Of a DNA stretch of 64,000 nt, positions 18,639 through 28,104 are shown piece by piece. Positions within the stretch are counted from its first letter, which is position 1; every line of letters starts with the position of its first letter. Location: positions 6,176,001-6,240,000 of the forward strand of contig OZ220744.1 of NCBI GenBank assembly GCA_965116925.1, written 5' to 3'. This stretch comes from Candidatus Poribacteria bacterium (GTDB taxonomy: Bacteria; Poribacteria; WGA-4E; PCPOR2b). Below the pieces are notes generated by a model, which was not told the origin of the DNA, ran no database searches, and saw nothing but the letters and a program-made list of their open reading frames with translations. The position numbers and the translations under genes are program-made.

Positions 18639-18684
18639 GTTCAACCTTTTGTGTATTCACACTGTTTAGAAAATGATAAACCTA

Positions 18685-18806
18685 GGCTTATATAAAAAGA
18701 GAGTGCAGAGCATGAAGAGAAACCGAGTTTTTTTGCCGATTCATCGGCATCCTCGGAACGGGACTTGAAAACTCGGTTTCTGTTGCACGATTTCTTTACA
18801 TGAGCC
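18685..18806. mobile_element. MITE family B (GG(C/T)TCAT...ATGAGCC ends)
   Basis: Ends GGCTTATATAAAAAGAGAGTGCA / TGCACGATTTCTTTACATGAGCC shared with 30529-30677, 32396-32527 and 36971-37054. Confidence 0.75.
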
Positions 18807-18889
18807 AATCTAAAGACGAAGTGACGATGGTGGTATAAATAGTCTCTTACGTACTACTTGTTACGCACTGTTTTTTAAGGAGGCCTTGA

Positions 18890-21526
18890 ATGGCTCAAGA
18901 TAAATACGTTTACTTTTTTGGCAGCGGTCAAACCGATGGCAGTGCTGAGATGAGAAGCCTGCTCGGCGGTAAGGGTGCCAACCTCGCCGAAATGACCAGT
19001 TTAGACATTCCTGTCCCGCCCGGCTTCACAATATCGACCGAAACTGGCAGGTTATATCACGAAAACGGTAATCAATATCCAGATGGACTTGACGAACAGA
19101 TTGATGAAAATTTGCGAAAGCTAGAAGTGGCAATGGAGGCAAAGTTTGGAGATACCGAGAATCCACTGCTCGTTTCTGTCAGATCTGGAGCAGCAGTTTC
19201 GATGCCCGGTATGATGGACACTATCCTTAACCTCGGCTTGAACGACGATGCCGTCAAAGGGCTGACTGCAAAATCCGGGAGCGAACGTTTCGCTTACGAT
19301 GCCTATCGCCGATTTGTGCAGATGTTCGGGGATGTCGTCCTGGGTGTCGAACACGATGCGTTTGAGGGTCTCTTGGAAGCGAAGAAAACAGCGAAAGGTG
19401 TCGAACTTGATACGGAGTTGGATGCGAACGATCTGGCGGAATTGGTTTCCGAGTTTAAGGCACTCGTGAAGGAGGAAACAGGGTCGGACTTTCCTGATGA
19501 CCCACGTCAGCAGCTCGACATGGCGCGTGACGCGGTCTTTGAATCGTCAAACAATGAACGGGCGACCATCTACCGTCGGTTGAATAACATCTCCGAAGAA
19601 CTCGGACGGACAGCGGTCAATGTCCAAGCGATGGTTTTTGGGAATATGGGCGAAACGTCGGGGACGGGGGTTGCATTCACACGGGATCCCTCAACCGGTG
19701 AGAACTCTTTTTACGGCGAATTTCTGATGAACGCCCAAGGCGAAGACGTTGTTGCAGGGATTCGCACGCCACTGCCTATTGAAGAACTTCAGCAGGTCAT
19801 GCCGCAAGCCTATGAGCAGTTGACGGCGATTGGCGAAACTCTGGAATCGCATTACCGCGATCTACAGGATGTCGAGTTCACAATTCAGGATAGACGCCTT
19901 TATATGCTCCAAACCCGTAACGGGAAACGGACCGGTGCCGCCGCCGTGCGTACTGCCGTTGAAATGGTAAACGAAGGGCTCATTGACAAAGCAACTGCTC
20001 TGACCCGCATCCCACCGGACGATCTGGAACAACTCCTCCACCCGATGATCGATCCTGCGGTAGCGGTTGAGCCGATTGCGAAGGGATTGCCCGCCTCACC
20101 CGGTGCTGCTGTGGGCAAAGTGGTTTTCACAGCGGATCGTGCCGAGGAGCTGGTGGCTGAAGGCGAAAAGGTGATTCTAGTCCGCACCGAAACATCCCCA
20201 GAGGATATCGGTGGAATGCACGCCGCAGAAGGCATTTTAACGGCGCGTGGCGGGATGACCTCACACGCTGCGGTTGTCGCACGGGGCATGGGAAAATGCT
20301 GTGTCGCGGGATGTAGTGACATCACTGTCAACGAGGGGGCAAAGGAGTTTCAGGCTGGTGGCCTCCGGCTGACAGAGGGAGACCACATCACGCTCAACGG
20401 CTCCACCGGCGAGGTGATAGAGGGTGCGGTCAAACTGATTGACCCCGAATTGAGTGGCGACTTTGGCACGCTGATGGAGTGGGCGGATGAATTTCGTAAA
20501 CTCGGTGTGCGCACAAATGCGGACACGCCAAGCGACTCGCAGACTGCGAGGGGATTCGGTGCGGAGGGAATTGGTCTCTGTCGTACCGAGCACATGTTCT
20601 TTGAAGGGGAGCGGATTGATGCCGTCCGCGAGATGATTCTCGCGAAGGATGAAGAAGGACGCAAGGCAGCACTGGACAAACTGCTGCCGTACCAACGGGA
20701 GGACTTCGCGGGGATCTTTGAAGCGATGGACGGTTATCCGGTCACCATTCGGACACTCGATCCACCGCTCCACGAATTCTTGCCCCAAACCGATGAGGAT
20801 GTCCAAGAACTTGCCGATAAGATCGGTGTTCCCGCTGAGACATTGTATCAACAAAGGGAAGCGTTGCACGAATTTAATCCGATGTTGGGGCACCGCGGCT
20901 GTCGTCTCGGTATTATCTATCCGGAGATCACGGAGATGCAGGCGCGGGCAATCTTTGAGGCAGCTGTTGAGGTTACCAAACGTGGCGTTAAGGCAATCCC
21001 TGAGATTATGATTCCGCTGGTTGGGCATGTGCAGGAATTAGCGTTGCAGCGTGAGGTGGTCGTTGATACGGCGAACAAGGTGTTTGCGGAGACCGGCACT
21101 GAGGTGGAGTACCTCGTCGGGACGATGATCGAATTGCCGAGAGCCGCGCTCACTGCGAATGAAATCGCGCAAGAAGCAGAATTTTTCTCCTTCGGAACGA
21201 ATGATCTCACACAGACCACCTTCGGGATGAGTCGCGACGATGCCGGCAAGTTCTTGGGCGATTACGTGGATGGCGGTATCCTTGAACACGATCCGTTCCA
21301 GGTACTAGATCAGAGTGGTGTTGGTCAGTTAGTGCAGATTGGTACAAACAGAGGGCGTGAAACTCGCCCAGATCTCAAGGTCGGTATCTGTGGTGAACAC
21401 GGTGGTGAACCGAGTTCCGTTATCTTCTGCCACGACTCCGGTTTGGACTATGTTTCCTGTTCGCCGTTCCGCGTGCCGGTTGCCCGACTCGCTGCCGCGC
21501 AAGCTGCTGTCGCTGATGAGTCCTGA
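18890..21526 (+). CDS. ppdK: Pyruvate phosphate dikinase
   Basis: [57 protein letters not shown]. Confidence 0.97.
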   Translation: MAQDKYVYFFGSGQTDGSAEMRSLLGGKGANLAEMTSLDIPVPPGFTISTETGRLYHENGNQYPDGLDEQIDENLRKLEVAMEAKFGDTENPLLVSVRSGAAVSMPGMMDTILNLGLNDDAVKGLTAKSGSERFAYDAYRRFVQMFGDVVLGVEHDAFEGLLEAKKTAKGVELDTELDANDLAELVSEFKALVKEETGSDFPDDPRQQLDMARDAVFESSNNERATIYRRLNNISEELGRTAVNVQAMVFGNMGETSGTGVAFTRDPSTGENSFYGEFLMNAQGEDVVAGIRTPLPIEELQQVMPQAYEQLTAIGETLESHYRDLQDVEFTIQDRRLYMLQTRNGKRTGAAAVRTAVEMVNEGLIDKATALTRIPPDDLEQLLHPMIDPAVAVEPIAKGLPASPGAAVGKVVFTADRAEELVAEGEKVILVRTETSPEDIGGMHAAEGILTARGGMTSHAAVVARGMGKCCVAGCSDITVNEGAKEFQAGGLRLTEGDHITLNGSTGEVIEGAVKLIDPELSGDFGTLMEWADEFRKLGVRTNADTPSDSQTARGFGAEGIGLCRTEHMFFEGERIDAVREMILAKDEEGRKAALDKLLPYQREDFAGIFEAMDGYPVTIRTLDPPLHEFLPQTDEDVQELADKIGVPAETLYQQREALHEFNPMLGHRGCRLGIIYPEITEMQARAIFEAAVEVTKRGVKAIPEIMIPLVGHVQELALQREVVVDTANKVFAETGTEVEYLVGTMIELPRAALTANEIAQEAEFFSFGTNDLTQTTFGMSRDDAGKFLGDYVDGGILEHDPFQVLDQSGVGQLVQIGTNRGRETRPDLKVGICGEHGGEPSSVIFCHDSGLDYVSCSPFRVPVARLAAAQAAVADES

Positions 21527-21548
21527 GATTCGTGAGAGAATTGACTAT

Positions 21549-21697
21549 GTAGGGGCAGGTTTCATGAAGTTTAAGTATTTAAATCGGTAATCCCGCTTTT
21601 CCTCGAAACATACGGTAGGCGCGGTTTTCAACCGCGCTGGTGTCGCTAGCAAATTACCGAATTATTTTTTTAATTTTCATCCAACCTGCCCATCTAC
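21549..21697. repeat. REP hairpin split by a ~120-bp insert that carries another REP
   Basis: Arms GTAGGGGCAGGTT ... AACCTGCCC separated by an insert with inverted ends (ATGAA..TCGGTAAT / ATTACCGA..TTCAT) and internal GGTAGGCGCGGTTTTCAACCGCGC. Confidence 0.6.
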
Positions 21698-21778
21698 AAA
21701 CCTACACCTTACGGTTTATCGCATGTTTGTAGTAGCGCGCTTATTGCGCGTTACGTTAGATTCAATGACGTTCTGGGC

Positions 21779-21825
21779 ACAGTCCAAACGCTTTCTTCGA
21801 TAGAAGTTTCATAGGAAAAGATTAA
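21779..21825 (+). pseudogene. C-terminal remnant of the small toxin gene normally upstream of DUF2283
   Basis: Reads TV-(frameshift)-NAFFDRSFIGKD*, resembling the TVHNAFFDR tail of such genes; TAA overlaps ATGAAA. Confidence 0.5.
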
Positions 21826-21830
21826 TGAAA

Positions 21831-21984
21831 TAGGACTTACGCCCTTCAGTTTGTAGTAGCGCAATTCATTGCGCGTCGAAGGGCATATTTAGCATTCACA
21901 GCCATCGTAGGCGGGGCATCCTGCCCAGCATTGGTGATGAAACATCGAATTGCAACACCTCATCGTTCAGCTGCGTAAGCTCTA
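21831..21984. mobile_element. MITE family A inserted at the DUF2283 start codon
   Basis: TAGGACTTACGC ... GCGTAAGCTCTA; ATGAAA repeated on both sides (21825-21830, 21984-21989); two REP hairpins inside. Confidence 0.75.
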
Positions 21985-22202
21985 TGAAAGTCAAATATTT
22001 TCACGACACAGATACCGCCTTAGTTGAATTCTCAGAGCGCGAAGTGACCGAGACGAAAGAAATTAACGAGAATATCTATATCGATTTAGACGCCTTCGGC
22101 AATCTGGTAGCAATGACCATCGAACATGCCCAACAACAGGCAAGTCTGCCGGATTTGTCCTATGAACAGATAGAAAAACCAAGTGCAGATTTATCGAATT
22201 GA
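21984..22202 (+). CDS. DUF2283 family protein (putative antitoxin)
   Basis: MKVKY..DTD...EF...V..T.EI...IYID.D..G.LV..TIE.A pattern. Confidence 0.85.
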   Translation: MKVKYFHDTDTALVEFSEREVTETKEINENIYIDLDAFGNLVAMTIEHAQQQASLPDLSYEQIEKPSADLSN

Positions 22203-22254
22203 AGAATGTACGAAAATTCCTGCAATTTTGTTGATGATAATTAGGAGGATAACA

Positions 22255-22839
22255 ATGGCACTTGAGAATTTGACGTCTTCACAAGTAAAGGAAATCATCC
22301 GTGCAGAATTTCGCCAACTTCCTGAAACCCATTGGATACAAAATCTTCGACATCCCGCTTACCACCTGCGCCAGCCAATCCCGATCTTGATCGAAAGAGC
22401 GGATGGTACTGTGACTGCTACCTACGATGATATTGAGCTATGTGGCATGGGTGACAGCGTGAAAGCGGCAATGTCAGACTTGTGCACAAAAATTGTTGCC
22501 CGTTATGAGGAGCTAGGGGAAAGCCCTGCAAAGTCTCAAGAGTATGCATTCCTCAAACAAATTATTGAGGAAATTGAACCCCCGGCGTGGCAAGAACTAA
22601 AAAAACTTTATAAAGAGAGATTGGAAGAAATCCCTTATGTCAAGGAAGGTTACATAAAAATTAATGGCAAGGACGCAGATGTTATAATTGTAATTTCAGA
22701 ATATTCTGTGACTCGAATCGAGCAGTTAGCTGGAATTGATCTGGAGATAAACCTGAAATTTCGTCCCCTCTATTTTTTTGTAGAATATAAGCTCTCAGAA
22801 AAAGATCTTGAACTGGACGATTTTGACTGTTTTTATTAG
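22255..22839 (+). CDS. Hypothetical protein (HicB-like N-terminal part, possible degenerate MNT-like C-terminal part); putative antitoxin
   Basis: RBS AGGAGG before ATG 22255; directly precedes a HEPN-like gene. Confidence 0.55.
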   Translation: MALENLTSSQVKEIIRAEFRQLPETHWIQNLRHPAYHLRQPIPILIERADGTVTATYDDIELCGMGDSVKAAMSDLCTKIVARYEELGESPAKSQEYAFLKQIIEEIEPPAWQELKKLYKERLEEIPYVKEGYIKINGKDADVIIVISEYSVTRIEQLAGIDLEINLKFRPLYFFVEYKLSEKDLELDDFDCFY

Positions 22840-22950
22840 ACTTGTACCTAGACCCTATCTCTATATTCCCCGATTTCTTCCAAGCTCTCTGTTAAGGAGG
22901 GATGAAAACAGGGATTATCCACATGCCAACAGCGGAAGCACATATAGATA

Positions 22951-23889
22951 ACCCAAGTTGCTACCTATAATTGAGTAGTTGGTTGGAGTTAAAGTTGATA
23001 GATACTGCTTGCTAATACAAACAAGACCACTTTCAATTCAAATCCTTGTTGTGTTACGGCATGAATCGAACGAGGCAGCAATCGCTCAATTAAACTGCCA
23101 GCGGTCTCGACAGACTTACGATGGCAAGCCGCCACATAGGTCTCCCACTGTGGATAAGGTCGCTTGGAATTCTGTTTGCGTGTCGGCTTGAGGTCCACTC
23201 CAATGGTTGCCAATATATCCTCTATCTCATAGTTATTGTATGCTTTATCCCCGTAGACACAACTGCCCGGTGGTAAGTCAAAATCAAAATACTGTAATCC
23301 CTCGACATCACTCATGCTTGCTGGCGTTAGAAAAAACTCAACAGGCTGTTGGCTCGCTGTCACTAACAGGTGAACTTTCAAGCCATAGAAGTACCGACGC
23401 TTGGACGCTTGATACCCACGAAATGCCTCATCGGTATACAGTTTTGACCGACTAATGCGGATATTGTCACAGACCGCAATAGGCAGTGTATCTATCGCAT
23501 AAATCTGCTGTTGATTGAGTTTTACATAACTTTCGGCTAAGATTTTGAACAATGTGATGAACATCGGTTTAATCCGATGCAACCGTCGATTGAAACGACT
23601 TTTTGACAGCATATTGGGGATATAGCCATGAGTGTGTAGAAAGTCACAAGTCACTTGGAAGTTACCACCGAAAAACAACGCAGCGACGACCCCGGTGGTC
23701 ATGACCTCGGCGTCAGTCATCTGCGCCTGTGGAGAGGTTTTTGAGTTAAGTGCTTCTAACAGCTTGTCACAGAGATAGAAAATGGTTACAATTTGTAGGT
23801 CCATGGGTTTCTCCTTTTGAGGGGGTATGGGTGAATCCCCTCAAGTTTAACGGAAAACCCATGGATTTTCAATAACTAGCAACTTGGGT
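22951..23889 (-). mobile_element. Complete IS982-family insertion sequence
   Basis: 13-bp TIR ACCCAAGTTGCTA / TAGCAACTTGGGT; 8-bp TSD TATAGATA at 22943-22950 and 23890-23897. Confidence 0.93.
22989..23804 (-). CDS. IS982-family DDE transposase
   Basis: SRFNRRL, YAID..P..VC, GY.ASK.RYFYG.K.H, GDKAY, RK.VET. Confidence 0.92.
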   Translation of the reverse strand: MDLQIVTIFYLCDKLLEALNSKTSPQAQMTDAEVMTTGVVAALFFGGNFQVTCDFLHTHGYIPNMLSKSRFNRRLHRIKPMFITLFKILAESYVKLNQQQIYAIDTLPIAVCDNIRISRSKLYTDEAFRGYQASKRRYFYGLKVHLLVTASQQPVEFFLTPASMSDVEGLQYFDFDLPPGSCVYGDKAYNNYEIEDILATIGVDLKPTRKQNSKRPYPQWETYVAACHRKSVETAGSLIERLLPRSIHAVTQQGFELKVVLFVLASSIYQL

Positions 23890-24321
23890 TATAGATAAGC
23901 AAAATAGAACACAACTTGCCCTTTCCGATCTTCAACAATCTCAAAATAGTCCTCAACATGGTGGCTGGATTGTGACGCTCGCTTTCTATAAAGCCTTACA
24001 CGCTGTCGATTCTTATTTTGCAAAACAGGGGATTGACCGCGAAGGGCACGATAAAAGGCACAAGGCAAGAGAGCGACAGGTCCAGAACTATCTTGGAAGT
24101 ATACACAGAGAGTATTCTGCACTATATATGGCAAGCATACAGGCACGATATGAGGAATATACTCACGAACCTCAAGAAGTCACAAGGCTAGTCAATCATG
24201 CGTTGAGGATTGAAAAGTACATCAAGACACTACTGGAATCGTCCTAAAGCCCATCAATACAATACCCATCCCATACGGGAGTTGGTTGTCAGATGTTCTG
24301 TGGGAGGGTTTCGGAGAAAAT

Positions 24322-24357
24322 AAAAAAGCCATGTAGAACCTTCTACATGGCTTTTTT
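24322..24357. terminator. Bidirectional intrinsic terminator
   Basis: AAAAAAGCCATGTAGAA-CC-TTCTACATGGCTTTTTT between convergent genes. Confidence 0.85.
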
Positions 24358-24389
24358 GCTGCACAAACTGATTTCAAAATTTGGGAGAA

Positions 24390-24932
24390 CTACCGTCTAG
24401 CACGACGACGAGTGTTTCGCCGTTGGGATTTGCGGCCTTCATCATCCTCCGTGTTTGTCGTCCGCTGACGGGGACGTTGTCGCAACTGTTCCCGGACACG
24501 AGTCCTGTCGTCTGTGGATTCAGCCGCTAGACGATTTGAGCGGGTGTGCCGGCTCCGGTTGACCCGCTGTTGGAATGCGGCAGGATCCCGACGTTCTCCA
24601 ACGCGGCGATTGGGAGTTGTCTCTTGGATTGACGCTTGAGCAGGAGCACGTTGGATAGGTTTCTCATCTGCACGGTAGCTATCATTCGGGTTTGGGTCAA
24701 TCAGCCAATAGGGTGGTGGCTGCCCCAATTCAGATCCGTAGCCGTAATGTTGACGATACTGAGACAGCTGCCAAGCGTCATAGAGAAAACCGGGCGGGAG
24801 ACTATCATAAATATCCATCTCATCTTCATAGATCCGTTGTTCCTCCTCAAGAGGAACGGTGCGGATGCTGCACCCAGCCAAAAACATGGCTGTAAATGAA
24901 ATCATCAGCACAGTGTGAAAACAAGGTTTCAT
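24390..24932 (-). CDS. Hypothetical lipoprotein with Arg-rich low-complexity tail
   Basis: Lipobox LAGC; co-oriented with the upstream gene. Confidence 0.65.
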   Translation of the reverse strand: MKPCFHTVLMISFTAMFLAGCSIRTVPLEEEQRIYEDEMDIYDSLPPGFLYDAWQLSQYRQHYGYGSELGQPPPYWLIDPNPNDSYRADEKPIQRAPAQASIQETTPNRRVGERRDPAAFQQRVNRSRHTRSNRLAAESTDDRTRVREQLRQRPRQRTTNTEDDEGRKSQRRNTRRRARR

Positions 24933-24989
24933 GATAGGCCCCTATGTTGTTGGCTTTTTTGCTGCCTATACTACTTCTGAATCAACGGG

Positions 24990-25901
24990 TTAATCTCCCC
25001 ATGAAGATCCACGTGGCACCCACAACCACTGCCGTCCCGGATAGAGTCGCGTCCGATCGAAGTCATAATCGTCCTGATTCGCTTCGGCGAGTCGGGGCCA
25101 AAGTTCCTCGTTGTCATATACCTCTGGACGTGAGGCAATGATTGGAAGCGTATCGCCTTCCTTCACGAGGTATCGATCGACTTTCTCCGGGGAGGAGATC
25201 GTAAAGCTAAAGGTGCGACCCGACTCAAGCGTGTTGCCAGCGGCGGCGGTATCTTTAACACCCGATATGTTGACAGTATACATACGCCCGGACCGATATG
25301 GTGCATTGGGAGTAAACATAATTGTGTTTCCGCTGCCAGAAACGGTGCCAGCAATCTCGCCAGATTGTTGCGTTCCCGAATCCGGCGTTGATTCTACGGA
25401 GACGGTTAAACTACCAGATGCACTGTCAACATCTTCGCTGAAGGTGATTGAGATAGGAACACTCACACTCAACGAATCTTCATACTCCGATATGACCGTT
25501 CCATCTGCGGGACTAACTCCCGTGATTGTTGGGGCAGTTGCGTCCGTGTAGGTGAATTGCTGGCTCATTGTAACAGTGCCCTCCGGTTTCGTGTTGCCAT
25601 TGTTGGTGACAACAACTGAAACCGATTCGCCTGCCATCCCTGCCGGTGTCACTGCCGTAATCTCCATTTTACTGGGGACATTTACGCTTGTGGCATTCTT
25701 CCCACCCACTTTCACCGTAACGCCATTTTTCATATCGAACTTGTCGCCCGTAATTCGGATGGCTGTCCCACCGGTCTCAGGACCTTCCGTTGGGCTGAAA
25801 CTTGCCGGCTCAGGAGGCGGATTGCAGCCACTGCATCCGGAGATCCCTGCCAATATAAATGCAAATGCGATAACTGTTGAAATATTTCTGAGTGTTTTCA
25901 T
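24990..25901 (-). CDS. Surface lipoprotein: IPT/TIG + Ig-like (Big_5) + LysM domains
   Basis: ISGC lipobox; SP..GP..GGT...I.G TIG motif; VSPADG..I.ITFSE; YLVKEGDTL..IA LysM motif. Confidence 0.82.
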   Translation of the reverse strand: MKTLRNISTVIAFAFILAGISGCSGCNPPPEPASFSPTEGPETGGTAIRITGDKFDMKNGVTVKVGGKNATSVNVPSKMEITAVTPAGMAGESVSVVVTNNGNTKPEGTVTMSQQFTYTDATAPTITGVSPADGTVISEYEDSLSVSVPISITFSEDVDSASGSLTVSVESTPDSGTQQSGEIAGTVSGSGNTIMFTPNAPYRSGRMYTVNISGVKDTAAAGNTLESGRTFSFTISSPEKVDRYLVKEGDTLPIIASRPEVYDNEELWPRLAEANQDDYDFDRTRLYPGRQWLWVPRGSSWGD

Positions 25902-26105
25902 TCGGTTTTTCTCCTGAACGTTTGGACTACAATATCAAGTCGTCTGTTGAAATGCTAGGGGACAGTCAAAACTCAGGCTATCATTCTCATTGAAACAAAG
26001 AAGCGCGCCGTTGTAAGGACTTTCACTGCGTGGGGCTGACATTGTAGTATAAGCTGAAATTCAAAACCCTTTACACAAAAGATAGATTAAGTGATAACTT
26101 CTTCT

Positions 26106-26134
26106 AGTATACAGATTGATAGGCGGTTTGTCAA
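26106..26134 (-). promoter_or_regulatory. sigma70-like promoter for the TIG/LysM gene
   Basis: Minus strand TTGACA-17 bp-TATACT. Confidence 0.65.
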
Positions 26135-26160
26135 CACTTTTTAATATGTTTTGGCATTTC

Positions 26161-26574
26161 TTACCGAAGCGTATTGGTAGTTGTGAGTCCTAATGCTTTA
26201 GCCAATTCTTGTTCGACAACTTTCATATCATTTGGGGCTAGTGCTCTGTCAGGCAAATTATGATTGTCTATATGGATTGAGACTCATAGTACTTCGTAGG
26301 GGTCGGGTCACCCGACCCCCGCACTGGCAAATAAGGGCGGGGAGACCCCGCCCCTACAATTTATTTTCGTGCTTTGCACTTTCTACATGAACCCTGATTG
26401 AAAGCAAACGATAACATATATAATAATTCCAAAACTTATATGACTGAGTACTAGATTAATTTGGGATTGATTGTAGAAGTCAGTACTTATGACGAGAGCA
26501 GGACGCTTTTTTGTTGCTGTTAAATCCGTGAAGGGGAATCGAACAAGAACCACGTCACCTCGTTTATAGCTCAT
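26161..26574 (-). pseudogene. PemK/MazF toxin disrupted by MITE family C, middle apparently deleted
   Basis: N-terminus MSYKRGDVVLVRFPFTDLTATKKRPALVIS...INL; after the MITE, C-terminus LAPNDMKVVEQELAKALGL. Confidence 0.85.
26238..26454. mobile_element. MITE family C, second copy
   Basis: 217 bp, only a few mismatches to 16974-17190. Confidence 0.92.
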
Positions 26575-26767
26575 CGTAGACAGCATCCTCTGGGTTATCC
26601 CAAACTTGCATAAAAACCGGTTCAGAAAGGTAGGCTGCGTCACGAGCTGAAACTTCTATATCAGCGTCTTCTGAATTTGCAAGGGCAGATAGTATTATAC
26701 GTCTATCTTCCTGCGGCATTTGTTTAATAGTGCTAATAATTTGTTCGATTGTTAAAGTTTGATTCAT
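26564..26767 (-). CDS. Antitoxin partner of PemK (DUF2281-like)
   Basis: SE..F..VWDNPEDAVYDEL C-terminal motif; overlaps the toxin start. Confidence 0.75.
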   Translation of the reverse strand: MNQTLTIEQIISTIKQMPQEDRRIILSALANSEDADIEVSARDAAYLSEPVFMQVWDNPEDAVYDEL

Positions 26768-26925
26768 CTTCAGTCTCCTTTGACACCATAAGAGTATGCG
26801 AATTATACCATAGTATGCCCTGATACGCCAACATGCTTTGCGTGATGCAGGGGCGTTTAATTCTCCTGTAGGTGCTTGCATCCCGATTTATCGGGGAGGG
26901 ATCTCCGAATCTCGAATCACTCCCA

Positions 26926-27825
26926 TTAGCGGACGAACCAACGCATGGGGTAGTTGCCTTCGATATCCTCAAACGCCAGCGTGTACGGATCGCAGCGTCT
27001 GTATACGACCGATCCATCCGTCCGCACCATCAGCCAGCCGAAGTCCCAGCCACGACTCGTGTATACCAAAGGCACAGCGGGCTTAACACGGATGGTCGGA
27101 TGCGTTCCAGCGATAAAAAGCTGCTGCCCCGTGTAGTAGTAACACGATCCGGTCTGCACAAACATCTCATGATCTACCGCTGTAGCGGAATCTTCTACCC
27201 AATCCGCACACAACCCCCGAATCCCAATCTTCACTTCGCAGCCTTGCGAGAAGGCATCGGCGAGGTCGTGAACCGATCCCGACTGGACTGCCCCCTCGGC
27301 GTCGTGCGACAGCACCTCGTGCCATTCGTCGCGCACGTAAAAGCGATATAGATCAAAATCGTAAATAAAATTCTGACTCGGCGCATTGGTCTGCTGATCC
27401 CAGCCATCTTGTGGGTGGTATTTAGGCATATCTGTATGATCATCAACGTACAGGGCGGTAGGAGCTTGCGTCGCCCCTTGTCCGTCGAGATGAGGACGGG
27501 CAATCGCCTGCTGTCCGTTCTGGTTGTAGAGGAAAAACGACATAGACGCACGGGGCCCGAAACCATCAGGCAGTGAAACAGGTTGGCGTAGGCTCATTAT
27601 ACCCGCTGCCCAAGAATCCTCAAGGAGGTAGGTGACGCCAAATTCGGCGACTTCGCGTATACGCTCGGTGCTGTCAGAGGTGACATCAATGTGCTCGTTG
27701 TGGATAAATTCGGTGTAGATCCGCAAGTCGCATCCACGTCTTATGGCATCGGCGAGGGCTGCTTCGCTGCCCGCTATCTTGTGGCGTTCTGTGTTGAGTT
27801 CTAAGGCACAATTCCATGGAACCAT
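26926..27825 (-). CDS. Hypothetical protein with two similar halves
   Basis: 299-aa ORF with upstream AAGGAG; both halves read W..(V/A)L......GS...LADA...GC..(R/K)I. Confidence 0.7.
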   Translation of the reverse strand: MVPWNCALELNTERHKIAGSEAALADAIRRGCDLRIYTEFIHNEHIDVTSDSTERIREVAEFGVTYLLEDSWAAGIMSLRQPVSLPDGFGPRASMSFFLYNQNGQQAIARPHLDGQGATQAPTALYVDDHTDMPKYHPQDGWDQQTNAPSQNFIYDFDLYRFYVRDEWHEVLSHDAEGAVQSGSVHDLADAFSQGCEVKIGIRGLCADWVEDSATAVDHEMFVQTGSCYYYTGQQLFIAGTHPTIRVKPAVPLVYTSRGWDFGWLMVRTDGSVVYRRCDPYTLAFEDIEGNYPMRWFVR

Positions 27826-28104
27826 GGGAGGACTCCTTATCGATTAGAAATGCCGTTCAGAGTTTCTGAATGAGACGCCTCTCACATACAACGACTAAAA
27901 TAAATATTGGTTTGATTTTTAGTAGAATCGTGATACAATTGGGAAAAGCATCGGAGGAGGATGTATGTTTGTTCTCAGATTTGATATTGAAAGCGCGTAC
28001 GCGCTCCACTCAAGTCTTGAGTCCGACGAGAACTGGCAAATTCACTACCATCAAAAGAACCACTACACTGTTTCACCACTTTTTGTTGTGAGGTGCTATC
28101 CATT

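Larger units (their letters stand above)
22923..24247 (+). pseudogene. HEPN-like protein interrupted at codon 10 by IS982
   Basis: Removing the IS and one TSD restores a 125-aa ORF MPTAEAHIDKQNR...WIVTLAFYKALH...ARY; RBS AAGGAGG upstream. Confidence 0.75.

Noticed and set aside
26383..26643. 86-aa ORF as an intact gene
   Set aside because: Chimera of the pemK N-terminus and MITE-derived codons
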